Virus record (IMG/VR): IMGVR_UViG_3300034418_009100
Strand: one strand, 5' to 3'
DNA from: an uncultured virus (IMG/VR IMGVR_UViG_3300034418_009100)
Taxonomy: Duplodnaviria; Heunggongvirae; Uroviricota; Caudoviricetes
Length of the DNA stretch: 64,000 nucleotides
Part shown: piece by piece, positions 47,700-57,456 of the stretch
Position numbering within the stretch: position 1 is the stretch's first letter
Layout of the letters: each line of letters starts with the position of its first letter
The notes under the pieces: model-generated
Database searches by the model: none
Seen by the model: only the letters and a program-made list of their open reading frames with translations
What the model was told of the DNA's origin: nothing
Made by a program: the position numbers and the translations under genes

Positions 47700-48379
47700 C
47701 GTATACCTGTAGGTATTGCAACAAAAGTTACAGTAAAGAAAGCACATTGGCTGCACATCTTTGCGAGCCCAAGCGCAGGTATCAACAACAGAATGAACAG
47801 GGAGTACAGATAGGATTTAAAGCCTATTTGAGATTTTATGAACTTACACAGGGTAGTGCAAAACTAAAAACATATGAAGATTTTGTTGGCAGTCCTTATT
47901 ATATGGCTTTTGTTAAATTCGGCAGACATCTTGTGGCAATACGTTGCATTAATACTGCCAGCTTTATTGATTGGTTATTAAAAAACAATAAAAAGATTGA
48001 TCACTGGACCAAAGAGTCCATGTACACAGAGTGGATGTTAGAATACATTCGTAAAGAAAATGTTAAAGACGCATTAGAACGTGCTTTACGTGAAATGCAG
48101 TTACTAGCAGACACAGATGAAAAATTGAAGGGAAATTTTAATGACTACTTTAGATTGGCTAGCAGTAATCGTGTGGTTAAGCAAATTTGTGATTGTCGTG
48201 TCACTGCTTGGATTGTGTTTAATTGCGATAGCGGAATACATTTCCTCGAAACGCTCAACGAAGAACAAGTCGGAATGATCTTGCCTTACATTGATCCAGA
48301 CTTTTGGCAACGTCGTTTCACAGACTATGTTGCAGACACAGAGTGGGTCAAAGATATACTAGCAAAGGCAGGCCTGTGA
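47696..48379 (+). CDS. zinc-finger protein
   Basis: YTCRYCNKSY..LAAHLCE. Confidence 0.75.
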   Translation: MTYTCRYCNKSYSKESTLAAHLCEPKRRYQQQNEQGVQIGFKAYLRFYELTQGSAKLKTYEDFVGSPYYMAFVKFGRHLVAIRCINTASFIDWLLKNNKKIDHWTKESMYTEWMLEYIRKENVKDALERALREMQLLADTDEKLKGNFNDYFRLASSNRVVKQICDCRVTAWIVFNCDSGIHFLETLNEEQVGMILPYIDPDFWQRRFTDYVADTEWVKDILAKAGL

Positions 48380-49257
48380 TGCTAATGCCGTACTTGATAT
48401 TGGAAATAGATTTTGTAGGCGGAACCCATGGTAATTTCTTAGAGTTTATTCTTAACCTGTGTTTAACGAATAAAAAATTGGGGATGCCTTTTACTCAAAT
48501 AGGAACCAGTCATAAAAAAAGTTATGTGGAAAAAGCGCAGTCAGTTCACAGCGACCATTATATGACAGAAAAAATTCCGTTTAAAGGAAATAATATTATT
48601 GTTATAGAGATTGATAAAAAAGTTAACTTACTTAATTTACAATCTATAATATTATACCGTGCTGGCGATAGAAAAATAGAAACTCACGATTTACACATCA
48701 AAACTTTTCATAAATTAAACATTAAAATGTATAAATCTCTACTTCAAAATTTATGTAAAAGTTATAATGTAAATTTGTCCGAATTGGAACCTAACTGTCC
48801 TAGACATATTCTAAGAGAGTTTTTTAAACACGCATATAGAGATAACAGTTTATTTGGTCCGACAGACGGACAAGAAGAGTTCATTAATTCTTTAATCAAA
48901 GAAGGAAAAAAATTATATAGATTTCCAGTTTCATCGTTTTATAATTACGAAAATTTTGACAGGGAAATTAAAAACATCCAACAATTTTATAATTTTAATT
49001 TTTTAAATTATGAATATAAAGAAGAGCACCGAGAATTTTTGCATTATTTAGAATATTTCTTAAGTTTAAATATCCTACCGGATAAAATAATAAATGCAGT
49101 TGAACATGAGTTAGATCTAGAATTTGATAATTTGACTATTTTACAAGAAAGTTATATTAACGGAAATCTAGAACGTATTTTTAATAAAGAAATGCCATTT
49201 TTACAAGAAAAATATTTTATCAACACAAGACAAATTATCGATTACTTGAAAACATGA
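48379..49257 (+). CDS. AT-rich accessory protein, possibly sulfotransferase/P-loop-like
   Basis: ATG at 48379; DFVGGTHGNFLE resembles the motif in 19915..20760. Confidence 0.5.
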   Translation: MLMPYLILEIDFVGGTHGNFLEFILNLCLTNKKLGMPFTQIGTSHKKSYVEKAQSVHSDHYMTEKIPFKGNNIIVIEIDKKVNLLNLQSIILYRAGDRKIETHDLHIKTFHKLNIKMYKSLLQNLCKSYNVNLSELEPNCPRHILREFFKHAYRDNSLFGPTDGQEEFINSLIKEGKKLYRFPVSSFYNYENFDREIKNIQQFYNFNFLNYEYKEEHREFLHYLEYFLSLNILPDKIINAVEHELDLEFDNLTILQESYINGNLERIFNKEMPFLQEKYFINTRQIIDYLKT

Positions 49258-49835
49258 AATTTCGTTCAGACATTGACATTGACTTTGCAGACAGAACAAA
49301 GATCTTGGACATATTGCCACATACTAGTGCCAGTATAATTAAGGATGGTTCCATCTCAAAACACAACACAGGTGTGTACTTTACAGAAATACCGCAAGAT
49401 CCATTTACAGGATATGCCAGCATAGACTATGAACGAGCAGAAGATTTGGGATATTTAAAGTTAGATTTTCTTAATGTAAACCTGTACAGTCAAGTCAAAA
49501 GCGAACAACATCTATTAGAGTTGATAGAGCAAGAACCTGAGTGGGACAAACTGTATGATAGAGCATTCTGTGAGCAGTTAATTCACATAGGTAATCATTA
49601 CGATACACTGATCAAGATGCCTGAAGCAGTTAACAGTATTCCTAGAATGGCCATGTTTATCAGTGTAATCAGACCTGCCAAACGCCACTTAATAGGACAG
49701 GCCTGGGGTGAAGTTAGGAAAACTGTGTGGCAACGTCCCGAAGACGACAGTTATTATTTTAAGCAGAGTCACGCAGTTGCTTATGCTACACTGGTAGCAG
49801 TCAACATGAATTTGCTAGGGAATTCTGCGGACTAG
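49254..49835 (+). CDS. minimal DNA polymerase III alpha (DnaE)-like catalytic core
   Basis: SDIDIDF, KHNTGVY, YLKLDFL, IRP, YYFKQSHAVAYA within 193 aa. Confidence 0.85.
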   Translation: MKFRSDIDIDFADRTKILDILPHTSASIIKDGSISKHNTGVYFTEIPQDPFTGYASIDYERAEDLGYLKLDFLNVNLYSQVKSEQHLLELIEQEPEWDKLYDRAFCEQLIHIGNHYDTLIKMPEAVNSIPRMAMFISVIRPAKRHLIGQAWGEVRKTVWQRPEDDSYYFKQSHAVAYATLVAVNMNLLGNSAD

Positions 49836-50189
49836 GGTAATACTACGGCGCTTACTGCGCTTTTGTGCATTTTCTTTTAGGCTGATTGTGGGCCCATACT
49901 TGATATCTACATCCTTGCTGATAAAAGTCTTTAAGCAGACCCTAAAAGGAGCCCAGTCTTGTTTAATGAAAAGATTTATAGGAACCATCCTATTACTTTC
50001 CCACCACCAAGTATCTGCTAGTTCCAAATAAACCTGCTTTTCTTCTTGGGTTCTTAGGATACCATAGTCGTAGATAGTAGTAATACTGTCGTCACAATTC
50101 TGAATTATGCCTATGTATTCATTGCCGCCGTAGGTCAAAAGACTTAAAAAAGGATACTCTTCTAGTAGTTTTTGGTAGTATTCTTCCAC
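49815..50189 (-). CDS. hypothetical phage protein
   Basis: 124 aa; YPFLS..EYIGIIQN..WWWESNR; minus-strand TAAATA just upstream. Confidence 0.75.
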   Translation of the reverse strand: MEEYYQKLLEEYPFLSLLTYGGNEYIGIIQNCDDSITTIYDYGILRTQEEKQVYLELADTWWWESNRMVPINLFIKQDWAPFRVCLKTFISKDVDIKYGPTISLKENAQKRSKRRSITLVRRIP

Positions 50190-50252
50190 AGTGATATTTA
50201 TAGTTCGAAAATAAGTCAGAACTTACTTATGGCGAATCCGCTAAATACACTA

Positions 50253-50774
50253 ATGCAGCAAATCTACAGTTATCTTTATGACAATACTATCAACGTCCAG
50301 TATGACATAGACCCTACTGTTGAGCAAAGGAATCGTGTAGTGTATACCAGAACTATTAATTTGTATAAAAATATAGACAACATTGTCAAACTCAAGGTAT
50401 TGAATTCGGACCAAAAGCCTGTGAATATTACAGGCTATACATTGACCTTTAACATGGTGGATGATTATGTGTATGCTAATGCCAACGTAGTTCTACAAAG
50501 TAATGTTACTATCAGTAATGCTAATTTGGGATTATGTACAGTTACAATAAGTAGCAACGATTTGGTGCAATTAGATAGAGAAAAATACACTTTCAATGTA
50601 TTGGTAGATAATGGTAGTGCAAACATTGCTGCTTATGTAGATGATAATTGGGGCGCATCGGGACAAATATTTTTAAGTAATTCAGCCTATCCTATTAATC
50701 CTCCAGTAAACTTAGACCTTGGACAAGTTGGTGATGGAGTTACCAGTGCTACATTTAATTTTGGGAACATATAA
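50253..50774 (+). CDS. putative virion/baseplate beta-rich protein
   Basis: ATG at 50253 after TAAATA at 50242; LNSDQKPVNITG. Confidence 0.6.
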   Translation: MQQIYSYLYDNTINVQYDIDPTVEQRNRVVYTRTINLYKNIDNIVKLKVLNSDQKPVNITGYTLTFNMVDDYVYANANVVLQSNVTISNANLGLCTVTISSNDLVQLDREKYTFNVLVDNGSANIAAYVDDNWGASGQIFLSNSAYPINPPVNLDLGQVGDGVTSATFNFGNI

Positions 50775-51898
50775 TGAGTAAAGTTGTACAATGGAAACGT
50801 GGTAACGTTACAGTAAATGACAGTTATACTGGCGCTGCTGGCGAAATTACCATCGACACAGATAATTGGAATCTGCGTGTTCATGATGGAAGCACTGCAG
50901 GAGGCTATACGATCGACAGTACCAGCGGCGGAAGCAGTTTCAGCAATTTAAGTGTATCGGGGTTTGGAAATATTGGTAACGTTGTTATAACAAACAATCA
51001 AGTTTATGCTAATACTGGAAATATTAAACTACAGTCCAGTAACACTAGTGTAGACGGAATATTCATTCGCGGCGATAACGGCAGAATCGGTTTTAATACT
51101 GAACCTTGGGAAGATGGCGTTGGTTATGATGTTACTTTTGGTAATAGTTCTTTGTATTCAAGAGAATATTGGGCATCAGCCAACTATACAAATGGTTACC
51201 AATTCTTAACTCCAGAAGGAAGGACTGGATTTAGTCATGCCTATGATACATCACAAGGCAACGTTAGTTTAATTCAACTTAGACATGATAGTACAGTAGT
51301 AGCTAAATTTCAAGACAACAATACTTCACAATTGACAGGGAACCTTGTTGTCACATCCGATGGTTCAACATTTGGTTCATTCCCTAATGCTTTTGTGCAA
51401 ATGTATGGTAATGTCGACAGTTATCAACAACTGGTAGAACAAAACCTAAGTGACGGCACTAGTGCCAGCACAGATATTGTAGCAACTGCTGACAACGGTG
51501 ACGACAATATGCATTTCATCGACATGGGTATTGATGGTAGTAATTACAGTGATCCTGCATTCTTTGGTGACGTTGCAACTAAAAACGATGGTTACTTATA
51601 TGTGGTAGGCAATGATGTCACAGGTCCAAGCCTAGGCAACGTAGGTAACCTAATCTTAGGCAGTACCAATGGTTTGGTAAAAACTTTTGTAGGTAATATT
51701 GCACAGGCAAACGTTGTTACAACTGCTAGTGAGTCAGGATTTACAGTAAACAAAGGTGCGTTTGTGGTTGCAGCCAATAGTGCTCCTGCTGCTAACAACA
51801 GTACAGGAGTTGCCGGTACTATTGCATGGGATGGTGACTATGTTTATGTTTGCGTGGCCACAGACACTTGGAAGCGAGCCAACCTTAGCACCTGGTAA
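50774..51898 (+). CDS. tail fibre-like protein
   Basis: VQWKRG..YTGAAGEITIDTD..LRVHDGSTAGG N-terminus; GTIAWD..YVYVCVATDTWKR C-terminus. Confidence 0.75.
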   Translation: MSKVVQWKRGNVTVNDSYTGAAGEITIDTDNWNLRVHDGSTAGGYTIDSTSGGSSFSNLSVSGFGNIGNVVITNNQVYANTGNIKLQSSNTSVDGIFIRGDNGRIGFNTEPWEDGVGYDVTFGNSSLYSREYWASANYTNGYQFLTPEGRTGFSHAYDTSQGNVSLIQLRHDSTVVAKFQDNNTSQLTGNLVVTSDGSTFGSFPNAFVQMYGNVDSYQQLVEQNLSDGTSASTDIVATADNGDDNMHFIDMGIDGSNYSDPAFFGDVATKNDGYLYVVGNDVTGPSLGNVGNLILGSTNGLVKTFVGNIAQANVVTTASESGFTVNKGAFVVAANSAPAANNSTGVAGTIAWDGDYVYVCVATDTWKRANLSTW

Positions 51899-51918
51899 AT
51901 ACTAAAACGGATAGCAAA

Positions 51919-52212
51919 ATGAAGATAGCAGAAATACTTAGAGCAGTTGCTGACATTATCGACTTAGCACAACAAGATACAGTGCCACAAGAGCCTGTGG
52001 TTGCCGTTGTAGACAACAGCCAAGAAAATCAAGAGATTGATCAGTTAGCCAAGTTGGCAGGTATCACACAGGCCAGCACCACACCAGACGAACAAGTATT
52101 TCCTGTAGTAGCCAGTTTTCCTGCAGGCACAGACATGCACCGCAGTAAAAATCCCGCAGACATGCGTAGCGACAGTGTAAGTTTATATCCAGGTTATGGA
52201 GCATGTGACTAA
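51919..52212 (+). CDS. hypothetical late protein
   Basis: MKIAEIL start; TAAATA at 51896. Confidence 0.7.
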   Translation: MKIAEILRAVADIIDLAQQDTVPQEPVVAVVDNSQENQEIDQLAKLAGITQASTTPDEQVFPVVASFPAGTDMHRSKNPADMRSDSVSLYPGYGACD

Positions 52213-53402
52213 TGGCAGCAATTGATGTAGTCTACAAAGGTCTTACAGGCTTATACAGTACACTAAGTTTAGACACTGCTAATACACTAGCAGAAGTACG
52301 CACGGCTGCTATTTCAGACGAAACACTGGACAGCAGTTACTACGGTAACTTAATACTGTTGGCCAATAACTCAGTCGACAGTGGACTATTGGGTTCCAGC
52401 ACACTAGCAGACGTTGGATACACTGCTAACTCTGTATTTTTCTTTCACACCATACAAACAGGTAATCTGCAACTACGTCAAGAACGTAGGTTAGACATAC
52501 AACAACTAAAACGTCGTGGAGGCACCGCAGCAAATGTAAACATTCCTGCTTACAGAAACAGAAATACCTATGACGTTGACACACTGCCTGCCAAGTATGT
52601 GGGCAACGTCAGCACACCAAATGTTCATCCAGACGGCCTATTGGAAGGACGTCCATGGGCCACAGTTAGTTTAATCAGCAATCCAACATCAATTAGTGAA
52701 GGTATTGACAGTGACACACTGTTGACATTTGAAGTTTGGTATGATGCAGCAGATACCAGTACGCTTATCCCCAGTGCCACAGACGAAGGACAAATCACAC
52801 AATGGACTGATAAGTCTGGCCAAGAACATAATGCCAATCCAGATGGCGGCAGTGCTAAACCAACTTACGAAAACACAGAAACACTTAACGGTTATGGTTA
52901 TATAGAATTTGATGGTACAGACAGTCTGACAGTTAACCCATTTACAACACTGGCCAGCAAAGCAGGATATACTGTGTTTATATTAGCCAAACAGAGCACA
53001 ACTTCGGGTACACAAACATTAACAGTTACTGATGAAAGCGATTTGCTGATCAAAGGTGGTACTGGCAACTTTATTGTAGGTATGAATGGTGCTACAGGCG
53101 ACAGTGGAGTTGCTGCAAACACAAGTTGGATTATTCACAGTTTGGTCTACGATGGTACAGGATCTACCAACAGTGATAAATTACTGTACCGTATCAACAA
53201 GGCCAACACCAGTCTATCATTTACAGGCACCATTGCTGGTAATACCAGTGCCAGCAACAAGGAATTGTTTATTGGAAACGATGAAGGCGGCACCAACGGA
53301 TTGGCAGGTAATGTAGCAGAAGTAATTATGTTTAGTAAAACACTGAACAACATTGAGTACAGGAACGTAGAAAACTATCTATCAACCAAGTGGGGATTGT
53401 AA
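52212..53402 (+). CDS. virion protein with LamG/ConA-like C-terminal domain
   Basis: VWYDAAD..QWTDKSG, FDGTD, GNVAEVIMF..VENYLSTKWG. Confidence 0.7.
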   Translation: MAAIDVVYKGLTGLYSTLSLDTANTLAEVRTAAISDETLDSSYYGNLILLANNSVDSGLLGSSTLADVGYTANSVFFFHTIQTGNLQLRQERRLDIQQLKRRGGTAANVNIPAYRNRNTYDVDTLPAKYVGNVSTPNVHPDGLLEGRPWATVSLISNPTSISEGIDSDTLLTFEVWYDAADTSTLIPSATDEGQITQWTDKSGQEHNANPDGGSAKPTYENTETLNGYGYIEFDGTDSLTVNPFTTLASKAGYTVFILAKQSTTSGTQTLTVTDESDLLIKGGTGNFIVGMNGATGDSGVAANTSWIIHSLVYDGTGSTNSDKLLYRINKANTSLSFTGTIAGNTSASNKELFIGNDEGGTNGLAGNVAEVIMFSKTLNNIEYRNVENYLSTKWGL

Positions 53403-53405
53403 ACC

Positions 53406-54971
53406 ATGGCAACTAGTGCAAATACTACACCCTACATACACCCTTTCCCCAACTATCAACTAAATGACCTGCATCAAAGCATGGAATACAATGCTGCTGG
53501 TCAGCCTATTATACGCACCGGAGTGGGCAGTATAAATGCACTCAGTGCGTGGGGAGAAAATTTAACTGTAGCTCTACAACCAATTTTGCAATTGGATGCA
53601 CTATACGGCTTGGACGCAGATAGATTTCAAACCTACGCCGCCGGCGGCGGAACTGCGGTGTCTAACAGTGATGAGATGTTTGAATGCACTTCAAGTGCCA
53701 CACTCTACAGTTATGGTGTGCTACGTTCAAGGCGTTTTTTAAGATATAGAGCAGGACAGGCCAATATGGCACGTTTTACTGCCATGTTCAGCGGCACAGC
53801 AGGCACCAGTCTTAGAGCAGGACTGTTTAATCAAGAAAGTGCACTGCAGGTCGGTGTTAACAATGGACAGTTCGGTGTGTTACACTTCTATGGTGCCAGA
53901 GCAGAAATCAGACAACTCACTATTGCAACAGCAAGCTCGGGTGGTACAGCCACTGTGACCGTAAACAGTGTGGCCTATAACGTCACATTGGTCAATGGTG
54001 AAACCGCAATTCAAACAGCAGCACGTATTGCTAGAGAATTAGACGGTGTGGCCACTGGCTGGATCGTAGAATCCAAAAGTGCTAAGGTAGTGTTTTTAAG
54101 TGAGGCTACCGGTCCTTTAGCCGGCACTTACAGTTATTCTTCCACAGGCACAAGCACAGGCACGTTCAGTCAACTAGAAGCCGGAGTTGTGGGCACAGAA
54201 AACTGGATTTATCAAAGTGATTTTAGCCTAGATAGTTTGGACGGCACCGGGCCCAGTGGTATGACCATTGATACAACAAAACTCAATGTGTTCCAAATTG
54301 ATTTTAGATGGCTTGGCGCAGGCAGAATAAGATTCAGCATTGAAAACAGTCTGACCGGTGGCATAATGCCATTTCATGAAATCAGTTGGAGCAATGAAAA
54401 CACTTTACCCTGGAGTCATAATCCCAATTATAAAATAGGCTATGTGGCCTACAACATTGGCGGCTCAGAATCGGCTTGGGTGCGTGGTGCTTCCATGGGC
54501 TGTTTCAACGAAGGCTTTACTACCAAAAACGACTATACCAGAAGTTTCAGTAACTCAAAAAGCAGTTTATCCAGCGGCACTATACATCAACTGTTTTCAA
54601 TTCGCAACCCAATCACTGACAATGAAATCATTAACACCAGAGAAATCATTATACAGGATGTTTCGGTTGCACACCAAGGCAACGACCCTATAGAAATATT
54701 GTTATTTCTAAATGCCAATTTGGCCACAGGCACACAGACTTACATAGAACTGCCGGAAGCCATTCCCACAGTCAGTACCACAACAGGCACATTTACCACC
54801 ACCAACAACACACCAGTAGCCAGTTTTGTTGCTGGCATTAATGGATATCAACAATACAATTTGGAACCATATAGAATCACTGTGGCTGCTGGAGATTTTG
54901 TGTCGGTGGCAGTGCGATCTGCACAGTCAATTAGTCAAATTGCTGGTGCCATAGTTTGGATAGCAGACTAA
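53406..54971 (+). CDS. putative virion structural protein
   Basis: 521 aa, beta-rich, T/S/G-rich; IDFRWLGAG. Confidence 0.6.
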   Translation: MATSANTTPYIHPFPNYQLNDLHQSMEYNAAGQPIIRTGVGSINALSAWGENLTVALQPILQLDALYGLDADRFQTYAAGGGTAVSNSDEMFECTSSATLYSYGVLRSRRFLRYRAGQANMARFTAMFSGTAGTSLRAGLFNQESALQVGVNNGQFGVLHFYGARAEIRQLTIATASSGGTATVTVNSVAYNVTLVNGETAIQTAARIARELDGVATGWIVESKSAKVVFLSEATGPLAGTYSYSSTGTSTGTFSQLEAGVVGTENWIYQSDFSLDSLDGTGPSGMTIDTTKLNVFQIDFRWLGAGRIRFSIENSLTGGIMPFHEISWSNENTLPWSHNPNYKIGYVAYNIGGSESAWVRGASMGCFNEGFTTKNDYTRSFSNSKSSLSSGTIHQLFSIRNPITDNEIINTREIIIQDVSVAHQGNDPIEILLFLNANLATGTQTYIELPEAIPTVSTTTGTFTTTNNTPVASFVAGINGYQQYNLEPYRITVAAGDFVSVAVRSAQSISQIAGAIVWIAD

Positions 54972-55000
54972 TTGACTATTCACGGTTTTTGCTGTATAAT
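54972..55000 (+). promoter_or_regulatory. sigma70 promoter for primase-helicase
   Basis: TTGACT-17 bp-TATAAT with extended TG. Confidence 0.8.
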
Positions 55001-55008
55001 TACAATTA

Positions 55009-56025
55009 ATGTTTAATACTGTACAAGACGCAGTCCTCGGTTTACTACCTCCGAAACGACGTCGTAGCCAAAGTGGTTGGTTAAGTTTCAACGCGGTCTG
55101 TTGCAGTCACAGAGGTGAATCAGCAGACACACGTCAACGTGGTGGTGTAATGACACAGCCCGATGGTGCAGTCAGTTATCACTGCTTTAACTGTCAGTTC
55201 AAAACTGGCTACAAGCCAGGAGCGCCTTTGGGATTCAAATTCCGACGTTGGCTCAAATGGTTGGGCGCTGATGATGCAGAAGTAAACCGTTTGGTCATTG
55301 AAGCACTGAGAGTCAAAGACTTGGTGCAGCCAGAGAGCCAAGAGCCCGAACCCATAGACATAGAATTTGAAGCCAGACAGTTGCCCAGTGAAGCCAAAAG
55401 TTTTATGGCCCTAGCAGACTTTTATGAACTCAATGAGTGGCGTGATGTGCCCACAGCCTACAAAGACAGTGTGGCCTATGTACACAGTAGAAACATAGAC
55501 ATGCAACGCTATGAGTTTTACTGGACTCCGGCAGTAGAACACAAACTCGGCCATAGAGTCATAGTGCCGTTTTACTATAAAAGAAAAATTGTGGGCTGGA
55601 CTGCTAGAGCACTTAACAGCGGTATAAAACCCAAGTACCACAGTGACCATCCCAGCAACTTTGTGTTTAACTTGGACCAACAACTGTACGACAACAAGTT
55701 TGTCATAGTCTGTGAAGGCGTGTTTGATGCACTAGCCATAGATGGTGTGGCAGTGTTGGGCGCAGACATCACAGAGACACAGGCAGAACTGATTGAAAGT
55801 TTAGGTAGAGACATAATCGTTGTACCAGACTGGGACTCTGCAGGCAGCAAACTCATAGACAGAGCTGTAGAGTATGGATGGGCGGTAAGTTTTCCCTTAT
55901 GGAGAGAACAGGCCAAAGACATCAGTGAAGCAGTTGCCAAGTATGGAAAACTGTATGTGTTAAAAGACATATTAAATAACAAACAGACAAACAATCTTAA
56001 AATAAAAATAATGAGTCGTCAATGA
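55009..56025 (+). CDS. DNA primase (gp61-like)
   Basis: N-terminal Zn ribbon (CC..YHCFNC), VIVPF..GWTAR, TOPRIM VCEGVFDA..PDWD.AG. Confidence 0.9.
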   Translation: MFNTVQDAVLGLLPPKRRRSQSGWLSFNAVCCSHRGESADTRQRGGVMTQPDGAVSYHCFNCQFKTGYKPGAPLGFKFRRWLKWLGADDAEVNRLVIEALRVKDLVQPESQEPEPIDIEFEARQLPSEAKSFMALADFYELNEWRDVPTAYKDSVAYVHSRNIDMQRYEFYWTPAVEHKLGHRVIVPFYYKRKIVGWTARALNSGIKPKYHSDHPSNFVFNLDQQLYDNKFVIVCEGVFDALAIDGVAVLGADITETQAELIESLGRDIIVVPDWDSAGSKLIDRAVEYGWAVSFPLWREQAKDISEAVAKYGKLYVLKDILNNKQTNNLKIKIMSRQ

Positions 56026-57452
56026 GCAAAGAGTATACACCAGAACTACAGAAACTATTTTTAGAAATGGTCATGCAAAATCCTGAAAGTTATTTGAGGG
56101 TGCAGAACATTTATAACTTTGAAAACTTTGACAGAACACTACGCAGTGCTGCCAAGTTTATCAGCGAACACGTCAAAGACCATAACGCCATGCCCACTGC
56201 TGAGCAGGTCGAAGCAGTGACACAGGTACAGTTACGACCAGTACCAGACTTGCAGGACAATCATTATGATTGGTTTATGACAGAGTTTGAAGGATTTACT
56301 CGCAAACAGGAACTGGAGCGAGCAATTCTTAAATGTGCGGACATGCTGGAAAAAGGTGACTATGATCCAGTAGAAAAAATCATCAAAGACGCAGTGCAGA
56401 TCAGTCTGACCAAGGACATGGGCACAGACTATTTTGAAGATCCCAGAGCCAGGTTAATGAAGATCAAAAGCAACAACGGACAGGTAAGCACTGGCTGGCC
56501 CACAATGGACAAACGTTTGTTTGGTGGTATGAATCGAGGCGAACTCAACATCTTTGCAGGTGGCTCGGGTAGTGGTAAATCGTTGTTTATGCAGAACATT
56601 GCTATTAACTGGATCACACAGGGACTGAACGGTGTGTTCTTAACACTGGAACTTAGTGAAGAACTGTGTGCTATGCGTATGGATAGTATGGTAGCAAATG
56701 TCAGTACTAAGGAGATTTTCCGAGACTTAGACACTATCGAAATTAAACTAAAGATGGTGGGCAAGAAGTCTGGTAAAATGCGTATCAAGTACATGCCAGC
56801 ACAGAGCAACGTAAATCAAATACGTGCTTACCTAAAAGAACTGGAAGTGCAGACAGGACAGCGAACAGACTTTATCATGGTAGACTACTTAGATTTGGTC
56901 ATGCCAGTCAGTGCCAAAGTGTCGCCCAATGATTTGTTTGTTAAGGACAAGTATGTATCGGAAGAACTTAGAAACTTGGCTAAGGAGTTTAACATCTTAA
57001 TGGTAACTGCAAGTCAGTTGAATCGTAGTGCAGTGGAAGAAATTGAATTTGACCATAGTCACATCAGTGGTGGTATCAGTAAGATCAATACTGCTGACAA
57101 CGTGTTTGGTATCTTTACAAGTCGTGCAATGCGTGAGCGTGGTAGGTATCAGATACAGTTGATGAAAACTCGTAGTTCAAGCGGTGTAGGACAGAAAGTA
57201 GACTTGGACTTTGACCTAGAGTGTTTGCGTATCACAGATCCAGGTGAAGAAGCACAGGGTACTCCGGGCAGTTTGAAGCCACAGACCGGCAGTATCATGG
57301 CACAGATCAAAGCCAAGAGCACAGTAGACGAAGATACTGATACAAAACCACAACGTGCTACAGGAACACCTGTGTGGGAACAACAACCTCAGGTAGCAGG
57401 TGAAGCACAGAGTACAAAACTCAAGCAGATGTTAGCAGGGCTTAAAAAGTAG
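56022..57452 (+). CDS. replicative DNA helicase (DnaB/gp41-like)
   Basis: GGSGSGKS, TLELSE, MVDYLDL, TASQLNR, MKTR. Confidence 0.93.
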   Translation: MSKEYTPELQKLFLEMVMQNPESYLRVQNIYNFENFDRTLRSAAKFISEHVKDHNAMPTAEQVEAVTQVQLRPVPDLQDNHYDWFMTEFEGFTRKQELERAILKCADMLEKGDYDPVEKIIKDAVQISLTKDMGTDYFEDPRARLMKIKSNNGQVSTGWPTMDKRLFGGMNRGELNIFAGGSGSGKSLFMQNIAINWITQGLNGVFLTLELSEELCAMRMDSMVANVSTKEIFRDLDTIEIKLKMVGKKSGKMRIKYMPAQSNVNQIRAYLKELEVQTGQRTDFIMVDYLDLVMPVSAKVSPNDLFVKDKYVSEELRNLAKEFNILMVTASQLNRSAVEEIEFDHSHISGGISKINTADNVFGIFTSRAMRERGRYQIQLMKTRSSSGVGQKVDLDFDLECLRITDPGEEAQGTPGSLKPQTGSIMAQIKAKSTVDEDTDTKPQRATGTPVWEQQPQVAGEAQSTKLKQMLAGLKK

Positions 57453-57456
57453 AATA

